This document shows positions 1 through 12,981 of a DNA stretch of 64,000 bases, in pieces. Each line of letters starts with the position of its first letter. Positions within the stretch are counted from its first letter, which is position 1. Location: the NCBI GenBank assembly GCA_051530055.1, contig CM121341.1, positions 2,842,151 through 2,906,150 on the forward strand, written 5' to 3'. The notes under the pieces were generated by a model. The model was not told where the DNA came from and made no database searches. It saw only the letters and a program-made list of their open reading frames with translations. This DNA comes from Neoechinorhynchus agilis (taxonomy: Eukaryota; Animalia; Acanthocephala). Made by a program: the position numbers and the translations under genes.

Positions 1-367
1 CCTTTTATTTTATTGTACGAAATGTAGTCTAAACACCTCCAATGTTTTCTTTCATTTTGCTGGTTTATTTTCCCGAATTAAGAAAAAAGGCGGGTGTATA
101 GGTTATTTTTTTATGGCGAATAAATGTCGGTTACCACAGAAAATGAAGAATACGAGACCGGTGATTCTCTGATTGATGCAGTCGTTTCCTTATTGGTAAT
201 CCGGTATTAATCGTAGCGCTGATTCCAAAAGTGTTTTTAGATTCGGTACAACTGTCACAAAAAACAGTCCAATAATTAACAAATTGATTTTTTTGGCGTT
301 TATCCGTTCGCTGGAAGAAAACCAAAGTTCGTAAAGTTGGGAAAGTCTTTAGGCATTTAACTCGACA

Positions 368-1881
368 ATGGTTTACGGCGAAGCTTTGAAAGTACTAAGG
401 CAGCATATCGATGAAAAGATTCCATTAAAAACTGCTATTTATTCGAGTCCTTATACAAATTACGGACGGCTATTGGCTTTGGTGTCGATGACACTGGAAA
501 ACCAGCGGAAGATTAAGAAGATTATTCGGTCGTCCGGATTGCTAGAGCGTGAGAAGTTTTTGGATCAGCGACTTGCGATGCTTCTTGTTCATGACGCTTG
601 TTTCGGAAAAGGAGTTGGAAAGTGTAAATTTAAAGGCCTCATAAAACGAAATCAAACATTTCTCGATGAAGCCTTTAAAAAGTTGGGATTAAAAAAGACG
701 GAAAAGAAGCAAAAATCAGGATTGAGGTATGGAGTGCTGAACATTTTTAAAAGTAACAGAAAAATCGCTAAGCGGTTTTTAAAAAAAGAATTAAAGATGC
801 ATCGGTGTAGAAACATCGATCGAATCACTTCGTCCGAGAATAAGAAGCAATTTTTTGTGGATCAAAATGACTGTTTTCTATTTAAAAATGAAGATTCGAA
901 GCCTTTACTTCAGAATCCAAACTCGAATTTACATTTCTATTTTATGGACAAATCCAGTTGCATGGCTGCCGAATGTTTACTCGATTGCGAATATTTTTAT
1001 AATGCCGCAAAGGCAGGAAATTGGTCAATTTGGATTTTTTTGGGATTAAAACGAAAAAAATAATTGACGGTCACTATAAAAAAATTTATTTAAAAATACA
1101 CTTTGACGTAAAAAGATATTTTTCTCTAAGAATTCCCATTGATTTAAAGAACGAATCGTTAATTTTGGGTTGTTTAATCATGTTCTAATTTTCGTGTTTT
1201 AACCAAAAACTTTTATATGTTGGCGTCTTGCAGTCCTCAAAATATTTGAGCTGTAGATAAAAATCCAAATTTATTGACCTCAATAAATCGCTTTCAATGG
1301 TGGACACGTGCGCCGCCCCAGGGAACAAGACGTGGTATTGCTCAAGAATGGCTTATGAACATAACGTTCAATTGGAAATAACGGCAATTGAACGATCTAA
1401 ACTAAGATTTAAATCGATGCGTTCCAGATTACGATCGGCACTTGGTGAACGTTCAAAGACAGTGAGCTTTATCAACAAGGATATATGTGATTTCTGGACT
1501 GTTAATGATAACTTACATCCGGACTTTATCCTCGTAGATCCAACGTGTTCCGGCACCGGAATGTCCGAACAATATAAAGCTAGTGAACAACATCTGAAGC
1601 GCCTTGGTAAAGTGCAGTATAGAATACTCTCAAAGTCATTAGGAAGACTTTCAGAGACCGGACGACTTGTTTATTGCACTTGTTCTCAGAATAAGGAGGA
1701 AAATGAATGTGTCGTTGAACGTGCACTTCACAAATATGAAGCCAAATTTGAATTGGAACCATTATTTTTGATGTGGCCACACCGAGGCACAACTCAAAAT
1801 ACTTCGGAATGCATTTACACTAAAAGTAACTTGTTCAGAAATGTTCTATTTGTTGCATGTTTCGTTCATAAGAAAAGGTGA
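368..1881 (+). CDS. NSUN5: NOL1/NOP2/Sun-family rRNA m5C methyltransferase, NSUN5-like (two coding blocks, 368-~1010 and ~1261-1881; splice sites not resolved)
   Basis: N-terminal 'LYALVxxTL'-like segment (LLALVSMTLENQ), MDKSSC, SAM motif VDTCAAPGNKT, ILVDPTCSGTGM and catalytic LVYCTCSQNKEENECVVE. Confidence 0.8.
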
Positions 1882-2552
1882 GTGGTGTAAAAGAAAAACG
1901 GTTCATTGTTGGCATTTTCTAAGAGCTCTTACAAAATATGCTTAAATTTGAATATTCTATAAGTAAAGCCTTTATAAGATTCAAAACTGTACACCTTTTT
2001 TTTAAAACTCTTACATCTTCATTTGAATATTTTATAACAAAAAGATACCTTATTGTTCGCTCGACCTAAAATTTGTTATTTTGATCGCTGATTGGTTATG
2101 CTCACATTGAGATCTGGTTGTGGCTTGTAATTTCATTTCCTCCAATGAAAAAAATGCCGACTACTCTCGAATATTAATATTTTGTTGCGACTACAAATTA
2201 CGTCTTTTTTAAAAATCATAAATTACTTTTCGAAGCTTCACACAAAGAGAATTTGAAAGTCAATTATTTATTCCGGGTAAAAAAGATAAAATTCTTTAGA
2301 AAAACATCGACAGAGCCGATTAACTTTTTGGGTTTCTCAGATTAATTTCTTTCCTTTAAACTTCTATGTGAACTTAAAGTCAATGAAATATAAATTCCTA
2401 CACGTTCTCATTTCGAACTCAAGAAACCTCGTAAAATTAAGCTTCATTAAATCAACGGTCATAAATAAAGGAAAAGATTGCTCACGCAAATAATTTTCCA
2501 AAAAACATTCGCGCTACTCCGTTTATTTTTGATAATCGAACCCACGTTCACA

Positions 2553-5500
2553 TCACTCCTCTATTTTATAAATTGGCTCGTTAGATTTTAGATACTTTTT
2601 ATAATACGTCTTGCAAATGATTGCAATGCAAGTGGTGATCAAAACACACGAAGACAAAGCAGCCAAAATATAGCCTGCGATTTTACTGGCGATCGAATAT
2701 TTGTTTGCAAAATCATTATCCTCAACGTCAACGACAAACATCTTCTTTTTCACGTTAAATGATTGGTGTACATCCATCGAGTTATTGAACCGTTCGTTTC
2801 CGAGAAAACAACTTCGTTCTTCGAGCGATGGACTATATATTAAAGATGCTGTCGGATCGGCGCACACGGCGACCTTTCTCGTAAGTTCACTATCATCACC
2901 AACAAATCGCTTTAACGGCACGATTTGATTGATAACAACGGCACTAATACATCCACTAAAAGCGTTCAACTTTCGTTTTAGATTAAAATCGTTTTGAAGT
3001 ACACCGCCTATACAGATACGCCGCGGGTAATGAAGTGCGAGATCAGCTTCATTTGGCCATATAAGAAAATCGCCATCAATATCGGTTTTAGCTTCATTAC
3101 CGTCTATCGAAGAATGTCTCCTATTGAACATTCTCCGTGGAGACAATCTGCACCACCCATATTCTTGCCTTTCGACCTTTTTCTAGAAGCCTGAACCGCA
3201 AATCATGCGATAAACCATCCGAATAATCCCCCCAGTGACTGTTCAAACGCGCCAGATCAGTACCGAAATCCAAAGTAACTCTTAGACCACCATTATTGTT
3301 AATCTCAATCAACAAATAATCCTTTCTTCGGTTTTTTGTATTTAATGGGCCTTCATCTCCAACAATAGCAAACAGAACAACACTTTTTTCATAAGTAGCG
3401 AACGACAGACTGATATCGATATCTTGCATTGCGTAAACACCCGTGCTCGGAATCGTATGGATCAGTATAGTGCATCCATTGAACCAGAATCCGACTGGAA
3501 TCGTACAACGAGTACCAATGTAACCCGTCATTGAACAATCACATTGAACTGTGTCGTAATAGGACACACATTTTCCTCCATTCTGGCAAAGGTCAGAGTA
3601 TCTTGGAAACCATTGGCATAAATTAGGACAGCCATTGATAAAGGTATCCCGTTTTAAAACAAACTTTGTCAAATTGATCGCTTGGTCGTTTAAATTAATA
3701 TTACGAATACAACCATTAAACCCGTTTATAAAGGGATATCGATCGGGTGCGCCGATTATATGGATCAGCTCCTGTTGGCAATCTAGGACAAACGTCGATA
3801 TGCATTCGTATTTCACAAATGATTTAAACCAAGATTTCTAATCCTAACAATTATAAACTAGAAGTCTTCACTTGGTAAATAATTTTTTGTGTGGAAAAAC
3901 ATTCTGCGAGCCTCGTCAGGTTCATCATCAATTCTGAAAAACAATTCCAAATAAGCATGATCGACATAAGTTCTCATACCGTACATCTTGCCGGATAATC
4001 TACATCGTCAATTATAACAACTGCACCAAGGTCAGAAAATCGTACACCGATGGAATGCCAATGATCGTCATCAATCTCTTTACTATGCATAATCCGATAA
4101 CGACTGAAATCATTGGATGATAATAGCTTATCAAAGCACACCAACTCGACTTCTCGTTGTGATTTTAAGCTAAGTTCGACTATTGGCCCTTTTATTAACA
4201 AATTATCGTTTGATCGAAACGAACTCCATAAAACAGCTCCCTCCCAACCGGCACGTCTGATTCGATTGTGATTAAAGGGGGATGTTTTGAACTGAATTGA
4301 AAAAGAAGAGAGTCCATATTGCTTCCCAACCATTATCCCATGCTTATTGGACAATAGAGTGATTTCGCTGTATAAATTTTTGACTTCAATCTCCTCTGGA
4401 GCGTATTTAGCGTAACATTTATCAACATCCGCAAGACATACGCTCAATGCATCAATAAAGGAGTTTTTCTCATTCGCAATTGATTTAATTAATGATCTAT
4501 GGTAGTCAGCCGATGTCTCACAATATCTACCGGAAAACCCTACTGGACAAGAACAATTAAAGATTCCCATTTCTTCGTTGATCGAAACGCAAAGTCCGCC
4601 GTTGTGGCAAGGATTATCCAAACATAACCTTTGTGGAAACTGACATTTATAGGAAATATAGTTCAAGTATTTAGCACTTTCTCTCCATTTTGCCATTATA
4701 TCAGTCGAACACACCTTGACTGCTCTTGCGCAAAATATGGTCGCCGGTAATGATCCGTGATTTCCAATAAAAACATTAACTATTCCGAATAAATCAACAT
4801 TGATTTGATCCAATACGTTTGCGATCTTTTTAGAGTCGCAAATGGCACTCAGTTGCTTAGATGAACCAATTCTAACGCTTAAAAAATGCCAGTTATTATC
4901 TGCTTTTAAATCTAAATGATAAAAAGCGATTTGACGTACGCTAGAAACTAAAAACGATCACGAAACCAACCACAATTTTCGATTTCAGATTTCGTAGAGG
5001 AATTCGTTGAATCGTCAACTATAATTACCATTCGTCCGTTTTCCACTGCTATCTAAAGCCACAAAATTGTTTTAAGAGTAACAAATAAACTTTAATTTCA
5101 TTTGCGATTTCTAGGCATCACTTCTTGTTGAACAAAAACCCATTTTGGATAAGCCTGAAACTATTTTTATGTGCTACAAAAATCGTTGTGGGATTATCTT
5201 ATTTTTAATCGTTGAAATCTTGATTTTCATGTATATTATCCATTTTGGATAAAACTCACCAACCTGTAAAGAAACTTTGTTGAATTCAAAAACAACAAGA
5301 CTGCCATCGTTTCGTATACCGCTAAATTCCAAATTGACTTCAAATTCGCCTTCGAGTTCAACATTTGTGTATTTAAATTCTGATTCTGAATCCTTGACCG
5401 ATAAAGTTAAGACTCCGGTTGTCTTATGTAAATAGTTTTTGCGTTGATAAGAGATAATTTTAACTCACGATACAATTTTTGTGATATAAACGCCCGATAT

Positions 5501-6935
5501 TGTAAACGAGCTTTTCGCCAATCGCGAATTCGTCCATGTTATCATTAATATATTTAATCCCTTCAAAGCAGACGCGAAATCTATTAGAGTTGAAAGTCGT
5601 GACATTTTTCGTTCCCAGCACGGTCTTAAATAAAATAACGCCACTTTAAAAAAAATCATTTTTAAACACTCACGTGCTCACTGATTATTAACGACGGGGG
5701 AAGATTACGGATTGATAATCGACAAGATAAGTGATCTACACTTAAGCTTAAAATTGAAGTGTTTTTCGACAACTCAAATAAATGCCAAAATCCGTCTGAT
5801 ACATCGACTTTGATTTCGCAATCCATATAATTGATTATTTCATCGAAAATGGATACCAAGTACATTAAGACGGTTCGTTCGCTGTGCACGATTTTTAGAT
5901 CGAATCCATTGAGCAAATTGTGCGATCTAAATATTTCTATTCCAATTTGGCGACTTTTGAATCGAAATTGCAAATATTCATAATTCGTTGGATAAATCGA
6001 TTGCTTGTTTTTGAGTTTAAGGCATTGCTCGTTGTTCATGAGAGAAATTATACTCGTTTCTTTTTTTAAACCTTTTCATTTAACTTAATTATTTTTATAC
6101 AAACCGTATTCATGCCCAAACACTGCCATCTTTATAGCGATTGCATTTTTCCAAAAGTACGGCTTTATCCTTATCTGTTTTACAGTTAAACATTTACTGA
6201 ATATGAATACCAATGCCGAGTTGATTTTTAAAGCTGAAGCCTGTGAGAATTTTAAGTAAATATATAGAAAACTTCGGTTTTTAAAGATGTGTTAGTTTAA
6301 GGCGCTTTTATGGTTGATTTTCTTTTAAAGATTGCAAATACACGATTAAAGGAAACGATAACGTATTAAGAATTAGACTATTCTAATCATCAAAGTGTCA
6401 GCAATGAGGGGTTTTCTTCATTTCAGATAAATCAGATCTCAAACAAGAACTTCTAAAGATGTCACCGGTAATATCTTAATATTTTACTGCAACTTCAATT
6501 TAGTACTTGAAGATTAAACGTTTTTAGCTCACCTCATCAAGTCTTTGGTACTTTTTCCAATCGGCATCATCCTCATCTTTGTATTCTAAAATCACTGATT
6601 TCACCGATCCATAACCATAAAGACCCAAAAGTTGCAGTTTTGAAATTAAATGAAGTTTTGTAAAGTTTATAGCAATGAATTGATCAATGTTCATTATTCC
6701 GGGTATCCATGCTATAAATTCATGCCGAGTTGTTAATATAAAGTATAACTTTACCTGCTGGAAATTCCAAGTTTACTTTATCGGGTCCAAAATACGAAAA
6801 GGCGTCCATGGACGACGCGTTTATTAAATACTGATATTTTCCATTTAATTTTTCGAGAAGATTTCGAGTTGTCTGATTATTCCTCGATAACGAGCGAACT
6901 ATTAAGAGCAATTGAAAAATCAAAAGAAAGTGCAT
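2553..6935 (-). CDS. Multi-exon neurexin IV/CASPR-like single-pass receptor (signal peptide, discoidin-like, LamG and EGF domains, TM, short tail)
   Basis: Signal peptide MHFLLIFQLLLIVRSLS from ATG 6935; discoidin-like QLLGLYGYGSVKSVILEYKD at ~6550-6640; EGF CLDNPCHNGGLCV...CSCPVGFSGRYCE and CQNGGKCV...CDCSMTGYIGTRC; LamG motifs DDDHWHSI, FNGCIRNINLN, FSGCISAVVIN; TM IAGYILAALSSCVLITTCIAII. Confidence 0.7.
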
Positions 6936-7326
6936 TAGGTAGCTGTATAGCAGGAATTGCACAAGTGTTGGGTTCGGTAAGCGCGGACGTTTTAAATATG
7001 TCGTAGGAAAAGCAAAAAGGTAAAGAATTTCTATTTCTTTTAAACGCCCCAATTTATTCTAACATTCAAAGTTAGGTACTTTTTGACGGTAGGGAATTAT
7101 CCGGGTGGTCATCATAAAAATGTCAAAAAATCCTGAAGAGGCTTTTAGCCTTAATACTCAGTGCATATGAATCCGACGCTCCCTTATTTTTCAATACTTC
7201 TCGAAATAGCATCAAAACCCAAAATACTTAAAAGGTCGAAAATATATCAGTCTTTAAACTGCGAAGAATAAAGCAAAACCTCAGACATGTCAATTTAAAG
7301 TACTTTTTTTCCTTTTTTTCCAAGCA

Positions 7327-7620
7327 TTAATAATTTATAGTTTCTTCGACGCTCCTATTCATCGGCGCTGGCCAAAATGCTAGCCGCATTGCCCCGCTCA
7401 CCGCAATCTTATTTTTTGCGCCAAGAACGACGTCGATCTTGGCTCTCCAGTCGCTGCGTAAATTCGTTTCCCCAAGTCCTTCAGGAGGGCAGTGCCGACC
7501 CCCCAAACGTTTCCACACCGAAGGGGACAAATGTAGTTTCGGAAGCTCCCGGTAAGCATCCCTCTGCACCGCTTAACAATGACCCAAAGAAAACGTATTT
7601 GTTAAGAAGACTAAGTCTAG
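7327..7620 (-). mobile_element. 5'-truncated 3' end of CRE-like non-LTR retrotransposon (RLE C-terminus)
   Basis: Reverse complement reads ...cagcgactggagagccaagatcgacgtcgttcttggcgcaaaaaataagattgcggtg..gcaatgcggctagcattttggccagcgccgatgaa, nearly identical to 34300-34410 and 63091-63214 (GEPRSTSFLAQKIxIAVxRGNAASILASA). Confidence 0.75.
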
Positions 7621-7670
7621 GATTTTCCATTCAATGTAATTTTTGAACGATGACCAAACCCCACATGTTT

Positions 7671-7918
7671 TTCAATAAAATATGCGTTTAATCCGAGAGG
7701 ATTGTGATTACCACATTTAAGACTCCGTAACGATTTTCAAATTCAATTTTAAGAAAGTTAACAATTATAAGGAGTTTGAATTCTGGTGACCTTAAACATC
7801 TCGGATTAAACACATTTTATTGAAATATTTCGCGAGGAAGCCGCGCCCAACCTGTCGCTGTTTTTCAATAAAATATGCGTTTAATCCGAGAGGGATTATG
7901 ATTATTACATTTAAGTCT
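7671..7918. repeat. Direct/inverted/direct triplet of a ~30-bp motif (ttcaataaaatatgcgtttaatccgaga), Penelope pLTR-like remnant
   Basis: Motif at 7671-7700 (+), ~7799-7828 (-) and 7862-7891 (+). The gaaatatttc palindrome at 7822-7831 is also present in the hammerhead at 51577. Confidence 0.55.
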
Positions 7919-7939
7919 CGAAATAATGGATTAATATAA

Positions 7940-9040
7940 TTAATAATAGCACGGCTCATTTGTTGATTCACAAAGAAGAGGACCCATGTACCTTTGGGTC
8001 CTCATAAGCATTCTGGTTCATAATTGTTCAAAGAAAGCGTATCCGTTAGGATGGGAATATCCAGTCGACGGATGTCCGTTCGGGTGGTAATATCTGGTCG
8101 GAGGGCTGTCTATTCGAATGGGACTATAAAGTCGGGCGACGTTCGTTCGAGAATATCCGGTTGGTTTGGAAGGTTCGTTCTGGTGGGAATTGGTGTTTAT
8201 TGCTTCCGGGAGTGCTTGTAAGGTTGGTCTTTCCTCAGAATCATTTCACGTTATGATATCCGAGAGCGCAGGTTTTATTTGATCGCCTAAATTACTGCTT
8301 AAGATATAATAATAACACGTTTATTGTTGAAAATACAAAGAAAGAATAGGAGGACCCATGTACCTTTGGGTCCCCATAAGCATTCTGGTTCATAATTGTT
8401 CAAAGAAAGCGTATCTGTTAAGATGGGAATATCCAGTCGAGGGTTGTCCGTTCGGGTGGTAATATCTGGTCGGGGGGCTGTCTATTCGAATGGGACTATA
8501 AAGTCGGGCGACGTTCGTTCGAGTGAGAGTGTCCGTTCGTTTGAGAATATCCGGTCAGGTTGGAAGGTCGGTTTTGGTGGGAATTGGTGTTTATTGCTTC
8601 CGGGAGTGCTTGTAAGGTTGGTCTTTCCTCAGAATCATTTCACGTTATGATATCCGAGAGCGCAGGTTTTATTTGATCCCCAAATTACTGCTTAAGATAT
8701 AATAATAACACGTTTATTGTTGAAAATACAAAGAAAGAATAGGAGGACCCATGTACTTTTGGGTCCTCATAATCATTCAGGTTCATAATTGTTCAAAGAA
8801 AGCGTATCCGTTAAGATGGGAATATCCAGTCGACGGGTGTCCGTTCGGGTGGTAATATCTGGTCGGAGGGCTGTCTATTCGAATGGGACTATAAAGTCGG
8901 GCGACGTTCGTTCGGGTGAGAATTTGTCCGTTCGTTCGAGAATATCCGGTTGGGTTGGAAGGTTCGTTCGGGTGTGAATTGGTGTTTATTGCTCCCGGGA
9001 GTGCTTGTGAGGTTGGCCTACGTTATGATATCCGAGAAGA
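7940..9040 (-). repeat. ~2.7 copies of the 396-bp repeat (3' end of a CR1/L2-like LINE)
   Basis: Units in register with the repeated ORF starts 8024, 8396 and 8789; same left flank (aataatagcacggctcatttgttgatt) as the 22670 array. Confidence 0.9.
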
Positions 9041-9410
9041 TTGAGCAGCATAAAAATAGGAGCATAGATATTGGGACGTTCGAGGTCAAGGGAGGATGAA
9101 ACGAATTAGGATTAAGAGTGTTGTGTTCGTGTGAAAAGGAAGCGATATGTGGAAGAAATTGTGGTGGTGGCGATGATAGGCGTTTTTTTTATGAAAATAG
9201 CATGAAGGCATTCGGTGAGAGGAGGGAAGCCAGCTTTGCAAATTTTAGATGTTTTTTATGAAACATTTCAGGACGACGGACTTGAGATTTAAAAAGGTTG
9301 CAGCACCGGTTGCAGAAAATTATGGCCGGAAACCGTCATTTTTTAGAACAAGGATAACTTTAGCGGTTTTCAGGCATGATTGGTAGATGCCATATAAGAA
9401 GCTGCGACTT
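9040..9410 (-). mobile_element. CR1/L2-like LINE ORF2 C-terminal fragment
   Basis: 9140-9300 matches 26785-26940 (minus: QVRRPEMFHKKHLKFAKL); 9370-9410 matches 36735-36775. Confidence 0.65.
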
Positions 9411-11080
9411 TCAGTCCCTAACTTTCTTTCACGATGATCGGACTTGATGTTACTGATTCTTGTCGGTCACGTAAAAGAAGCAGCTCCGGCGGCCAGACAG
9501 CTACTGATAGTAGCCTGTCAACGCGGGGTCGGTGGGCCGCTCCACTTGGTGATGCGGTAGCGAACAGGAACATCAAAATCCACCAGCGCAACGGGAAAAC
9601 GCGAGGGCGTCGTAGCTCTCGCCGACGACTTGAGCGTCGAAATGAGCGAAGAGTCGAAGCTCATTACCGTGGTGGGTACGGACTGTTCAGGTGGCGCTGA
9701 CAGCCGTGAGCCCTTTGGCCCAGCTATTTCAGATAGAAATAATGATCCCCAAGAAATGCTGCTCGACAAAGGTGGAGGACTACAGAGGTATATCCTTGAT
9801 GTCCAACACGGTAATACGTTTCAGCAGCATTTTGAGACGCCGAATTAAGCCAATCCTCGAACCGTTTCTAAGAATTGAACAGAACGGCTTCAGGAAAGGT
9901 CGAAGCACCACAGAACACATCTAGGCTTTGAGGAGGATCCTCGAGGAGGCACGAATTCATCAAACGGATGTGACGCTGGTATTTGTTTATTTCCGTCGTG
10001 CTTTCGATTCGGTAAATCGAACGATGATTGGCGGTATCTTAAAGGAGTGTCGAGTGCCGTCGATCATTGTCACATCCGTTATAGCATTATATAAAAACAC
10101 AAGGTCCGCCGTAAAGATAGCTGACGGTTTGACGGAATGCTTTTCCACCACTTCAGGTGTTCTGCAGGGCGACACATTGGCTCCTTTCCTCTTCATCTTG
10201 GTGCTTGATTGGGTAATGAGATGGGCACTATCGAATGATGAAGATGGATTTCTTCTGTTGAGGAAATGAGGTCGCAAGTATCCTGAGATACGCGCCTCCT
10301 ACATGGCATATGCCGACGACATCGTATTGATGTTCTCAACAGTCGAAGGAGCTCAACGCATGCTAAATAGACTGTGCGAGAGGGCGAGTATGATTGGTAT
10401 GACCATCAACTTGAAAAGGACGGAATTCTTGACGATTCCGCATGTCGCGCATACAATCTCTGGCGAAGGGCCGAATGGCGTTGAGCAATTAAAACAGATA
10501 GAGCGGTATGTCTATCTGGGAGCTGTCGTTCCTGAGGTGAGTGCGGATGTCAGCCGACGGAGAGCTATAGCTTGGAGAGCAATGGGACAACTTAAGCCAC
10601 TGTTTGACAGCGAGTCTTTGCCAGATGAACTCCGTTCGCAGCTGTATAGGACTCTAATTGAGAGCATTCTCTACTACAATGCAGAGACCTGGACACTGTC
10701 TCCAACGGCAACGAGGCAGTTGGACCAAAATCATTCATCCCTCTTACGTGCGGCGTTCAAGGTCAGATGGTCAGATAAAGTGACCAATAAAGCACGGTAT
10801 AAGAGAGCCTTAGTCCAACCGCCCAGTGAATATTCGCGCCGCAGACGACTGCAGTTCACGGGCAATATAATTCGGTCTGTGGGCAACAGTTCCTTTTCTG
10901 TAAGCCAACGACATTGTATCGTAAAGGCAAAGGGAACTGTCGTACATACGATGACCTGATTTTAAGAGACTCGAATTGCCCGCATAACAGGACTGCTGTC
11001 GTGTATTTTAGATCCCTTGCGGAGTCTAATTCAACGTAGGAAAGTACCGTTGCATACAATACAATACAATACAATACAAT
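9410..11080 (+). mobile_element. RTE-clade non-LTR retrotransposon, 5'-truncated and disrupted, nested in the CR1/L2-like LINE
   Basis: IPKK...DYRGISLMS, QNGFRKGRSTTEHI, YFRRAFDSV, GVLQGDTLAPFLFILVLD, YADDI, YVYLG, LYRTLIESILYYNAETW; in-frame stops; ends in (ATACA)5 tail at 11054-11080. Confidence 0.85.
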
Positions 11081-11084
11081 AGGG

Positions 11085-11470
11085 TCGATAAGTTCGGTGA
11101 TGATGTAGCGAAGAGCTAAGTTTGGGATTTCGGTTTGAGAGGACGAATTTCCAGATAATTTCTCTGCGAGTTGACAAAAGTTTTGTGACTGACGTGGAGC
11201 CGTGATATTAATTTGAGTCACGGCAGAGTTTCTGATTAATGGAATCTAAAACCTGTTTTAAATCAGTAGAGGACAAATTAAGGAAAGGATTCGGGTTCCG
11301 TATACCAAGAGTCCTTGACTGCCACATGAACGAATTTTATAGGAAAGGAAATTTTTGAGGGCGATAAGTATTTTGTTAGTTAGTGCTATTTGTAAACGGG
11401 GAAAGTCTGGAACGGGGATGATGTAGCGAAGTGTCCAGTATGGGATTTCAGATTGAGTGGACGAAAATTG
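11085..11470 (-). mobile_element. CR1/L2-like LINE fragment (continuation of 9040-9410 across the RTE insertion)
   Basis: 11090-11160 and 11220-11320 match 36800-36870 and 37000-37100. Confidence 0.65.
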
Positions 11471-11984
11471 TCTCTATTATAGCACTATACGCGGTTGGCT
11501 ATTTCTTTGTTAGTATTTCAAATTAGGTATTGCGTCTCGCGTTGTTGTTCTGAGTACGATGTTTAAAAATATCGGCAAAATTGGTGAGCCTCAAGTATTC
11601 CCTTGGTTTGCAAGAAATTCCCAGTAAAAAGGGCACTTTACGACGATGTTGAAAACGGTTTTATTGATCACCACAACATTTTAAAACCATCAAACGATTT
11701 GAATAATACGTAAAGTTTAATTCTGCGGCTCATTATGAAATTTTTTCAGTTTCTTCAATGAACCTTAGAACAAGTCTAATCGTTGAAACCGTTCCAAAAA
11801 AATACTGTTAGGCATTCGCTATAGGAACTTTTCTCGTCGTGTAAATTTGCAGTTTTATTATTTGTTAGGATTTAAACGAGAAGCCAAACATTCGGCATCG
11901 CTAAAAACCTGACTTTTAATCTTCGACCAGTGAGCATTTCAAGAGACTACCAAAGAAACGGTTTCCATTTTCGCATCGCGTAGC

Positions 11985-12099
11985 TTTCTAGAGACCTTCT
12001 AAACGCTTTCTAGGAAACAATTTACGCGCCGGAGAAACATCTAGAATTTGTCTAGACTCTTTCTAGAGAGAAACTAGAATTTAACGCTTTAGTATAAAA
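11985..12099 (+). promoter_or_regulatory. Heat-shock element cluster and TATA box
   Basis: aGAAa-cATCt-aGAAt at 12033-12047, several TTCTAG(A/G)A half-arrays at 11985-12080, TATAAAA at 12093-12099, 40 nt before the sHSP ATG. Confidence 0.7.
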
Positions 12100-12138
12100 C
12101 GAGACAAACACTAAAGATTTCTCCATCGAACTTTCAGA

Positions 12139-12981
12139 ATGTCTCTATTTCCAATCTCGCGCTACCGCCGCAACTTCTTCGACTTTGACAATCTGTTCGG
12201 TCCCGCGTTGGACCTGTTCGATCCATTTGACGACTACGATCTTTCCCTTCGTCCATCAGTGCGTCCGAGCCTCTTTTGGATTAATGAGCCTCCAACTCTC
12301 CTCGATGTCCACGGACGAAGACGTCCAAGACCAGAGAAGTTTCGAGTTACTCTGAATGTCCAGGGATTCGATAAAAAGGATTTGAAGACGGAAATCATAA
12401 ACGGGCGATTGGTTATCAGTGCTCGAAGGCATGATAAATGCAATAAAACTGGAGATTTCGATTCCCGTGAGTTCCAAAAGTCCTTTGAGGTTCCAAAGAA
12501 TGCAATCGCCGATCAGATGACGAGTTTCGTGACCGGTGGAGGCGTTCTTGTTGTGGAGATTCCTCTGAAAATGGAAGAGCGCGACGTAAAACCGTCCGGC
12601 GGCCATGGACAAGTTGGCCTCTTTGATTTTGACGAATTCTTTAACAGCAATTTCTTCCCAAAAGTCGTGGATACTCCAGACGGGAAAAAGAAGATTGAAA
12701 TGAACGTTGACGTGAGTTCGTTTAAACCAAATGACGTGCAGGTGTCTCTTAAAGATAATGAGTTGGTCGTGAAAGCTGAACATTCTACACAACAGTCAGA
12801 GGATGGAAAACAAGGATTCTCGAGATCTTACTATTACAAACAAGTCACTCTTCCACCAGGAACGGATGTTGAACATCTCACATCGCATTTCAGTGGAGGA
12901 AAACTCGTCCTTGAGGCTCCTTATGTCGCTCAGCTTAAAGAAGGCGAAGGGCATAAGAAGATCGAAGGTTCAAAAAAGTGA
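12139..12981 (+). CDS. Intronless small heat-shock protein with two alpha-crystallin domains
   Basis: N-terminal FDPFDD aromatic region; ACD1 KFRVTLNVQGFDKKDLK...REFQKSFEVP...GVLVVEIP; ACD2 MNVDVSSFKPNDVQV...SYYYKQVTLP...GKLVLEAP. Confidence 0.9.
   Translation: MSLFPISRYRRNFFDFDNLFGPALDLFDPFDDYDLSLRPSVRPSLFWINEPPTLLDVHGRRRPRPEKFRVTLNVQGFDKKDLKTEIINGRLVISARRHDKCNKTGDFDSREFQKSFEVPKNAIADQMTSFVTGGGVLVVEIPLKMEERDVKPSGGHGQVGLFDFDEFFNSNFFPKVVDTPDGKKKIEMNVDVSSFKPNDVQVSLKDNELVVKAEHSTQQSEDGKQGFSRSYYYKQVTLPPGTDVEHLTSHFSGGKLVLEAPYVAQLKEGEGHKKIEGSKK

Noticed and set aside
1010-1297. Non-canonical splicing or pseudogenisation of NSUN5
   Set aside because: The nearest AG (1255-1256) is followed by an in-frame TAA, but a 1-nt error in the adjacent A-run would fix it; this cannot be decided without reads.
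7132-7170. Hammerhead at cCTGAAGA-GGCT(ttt)AGCC
   Set aside because: Followed by TTAA rather than GAAA, so the core is incomplete.
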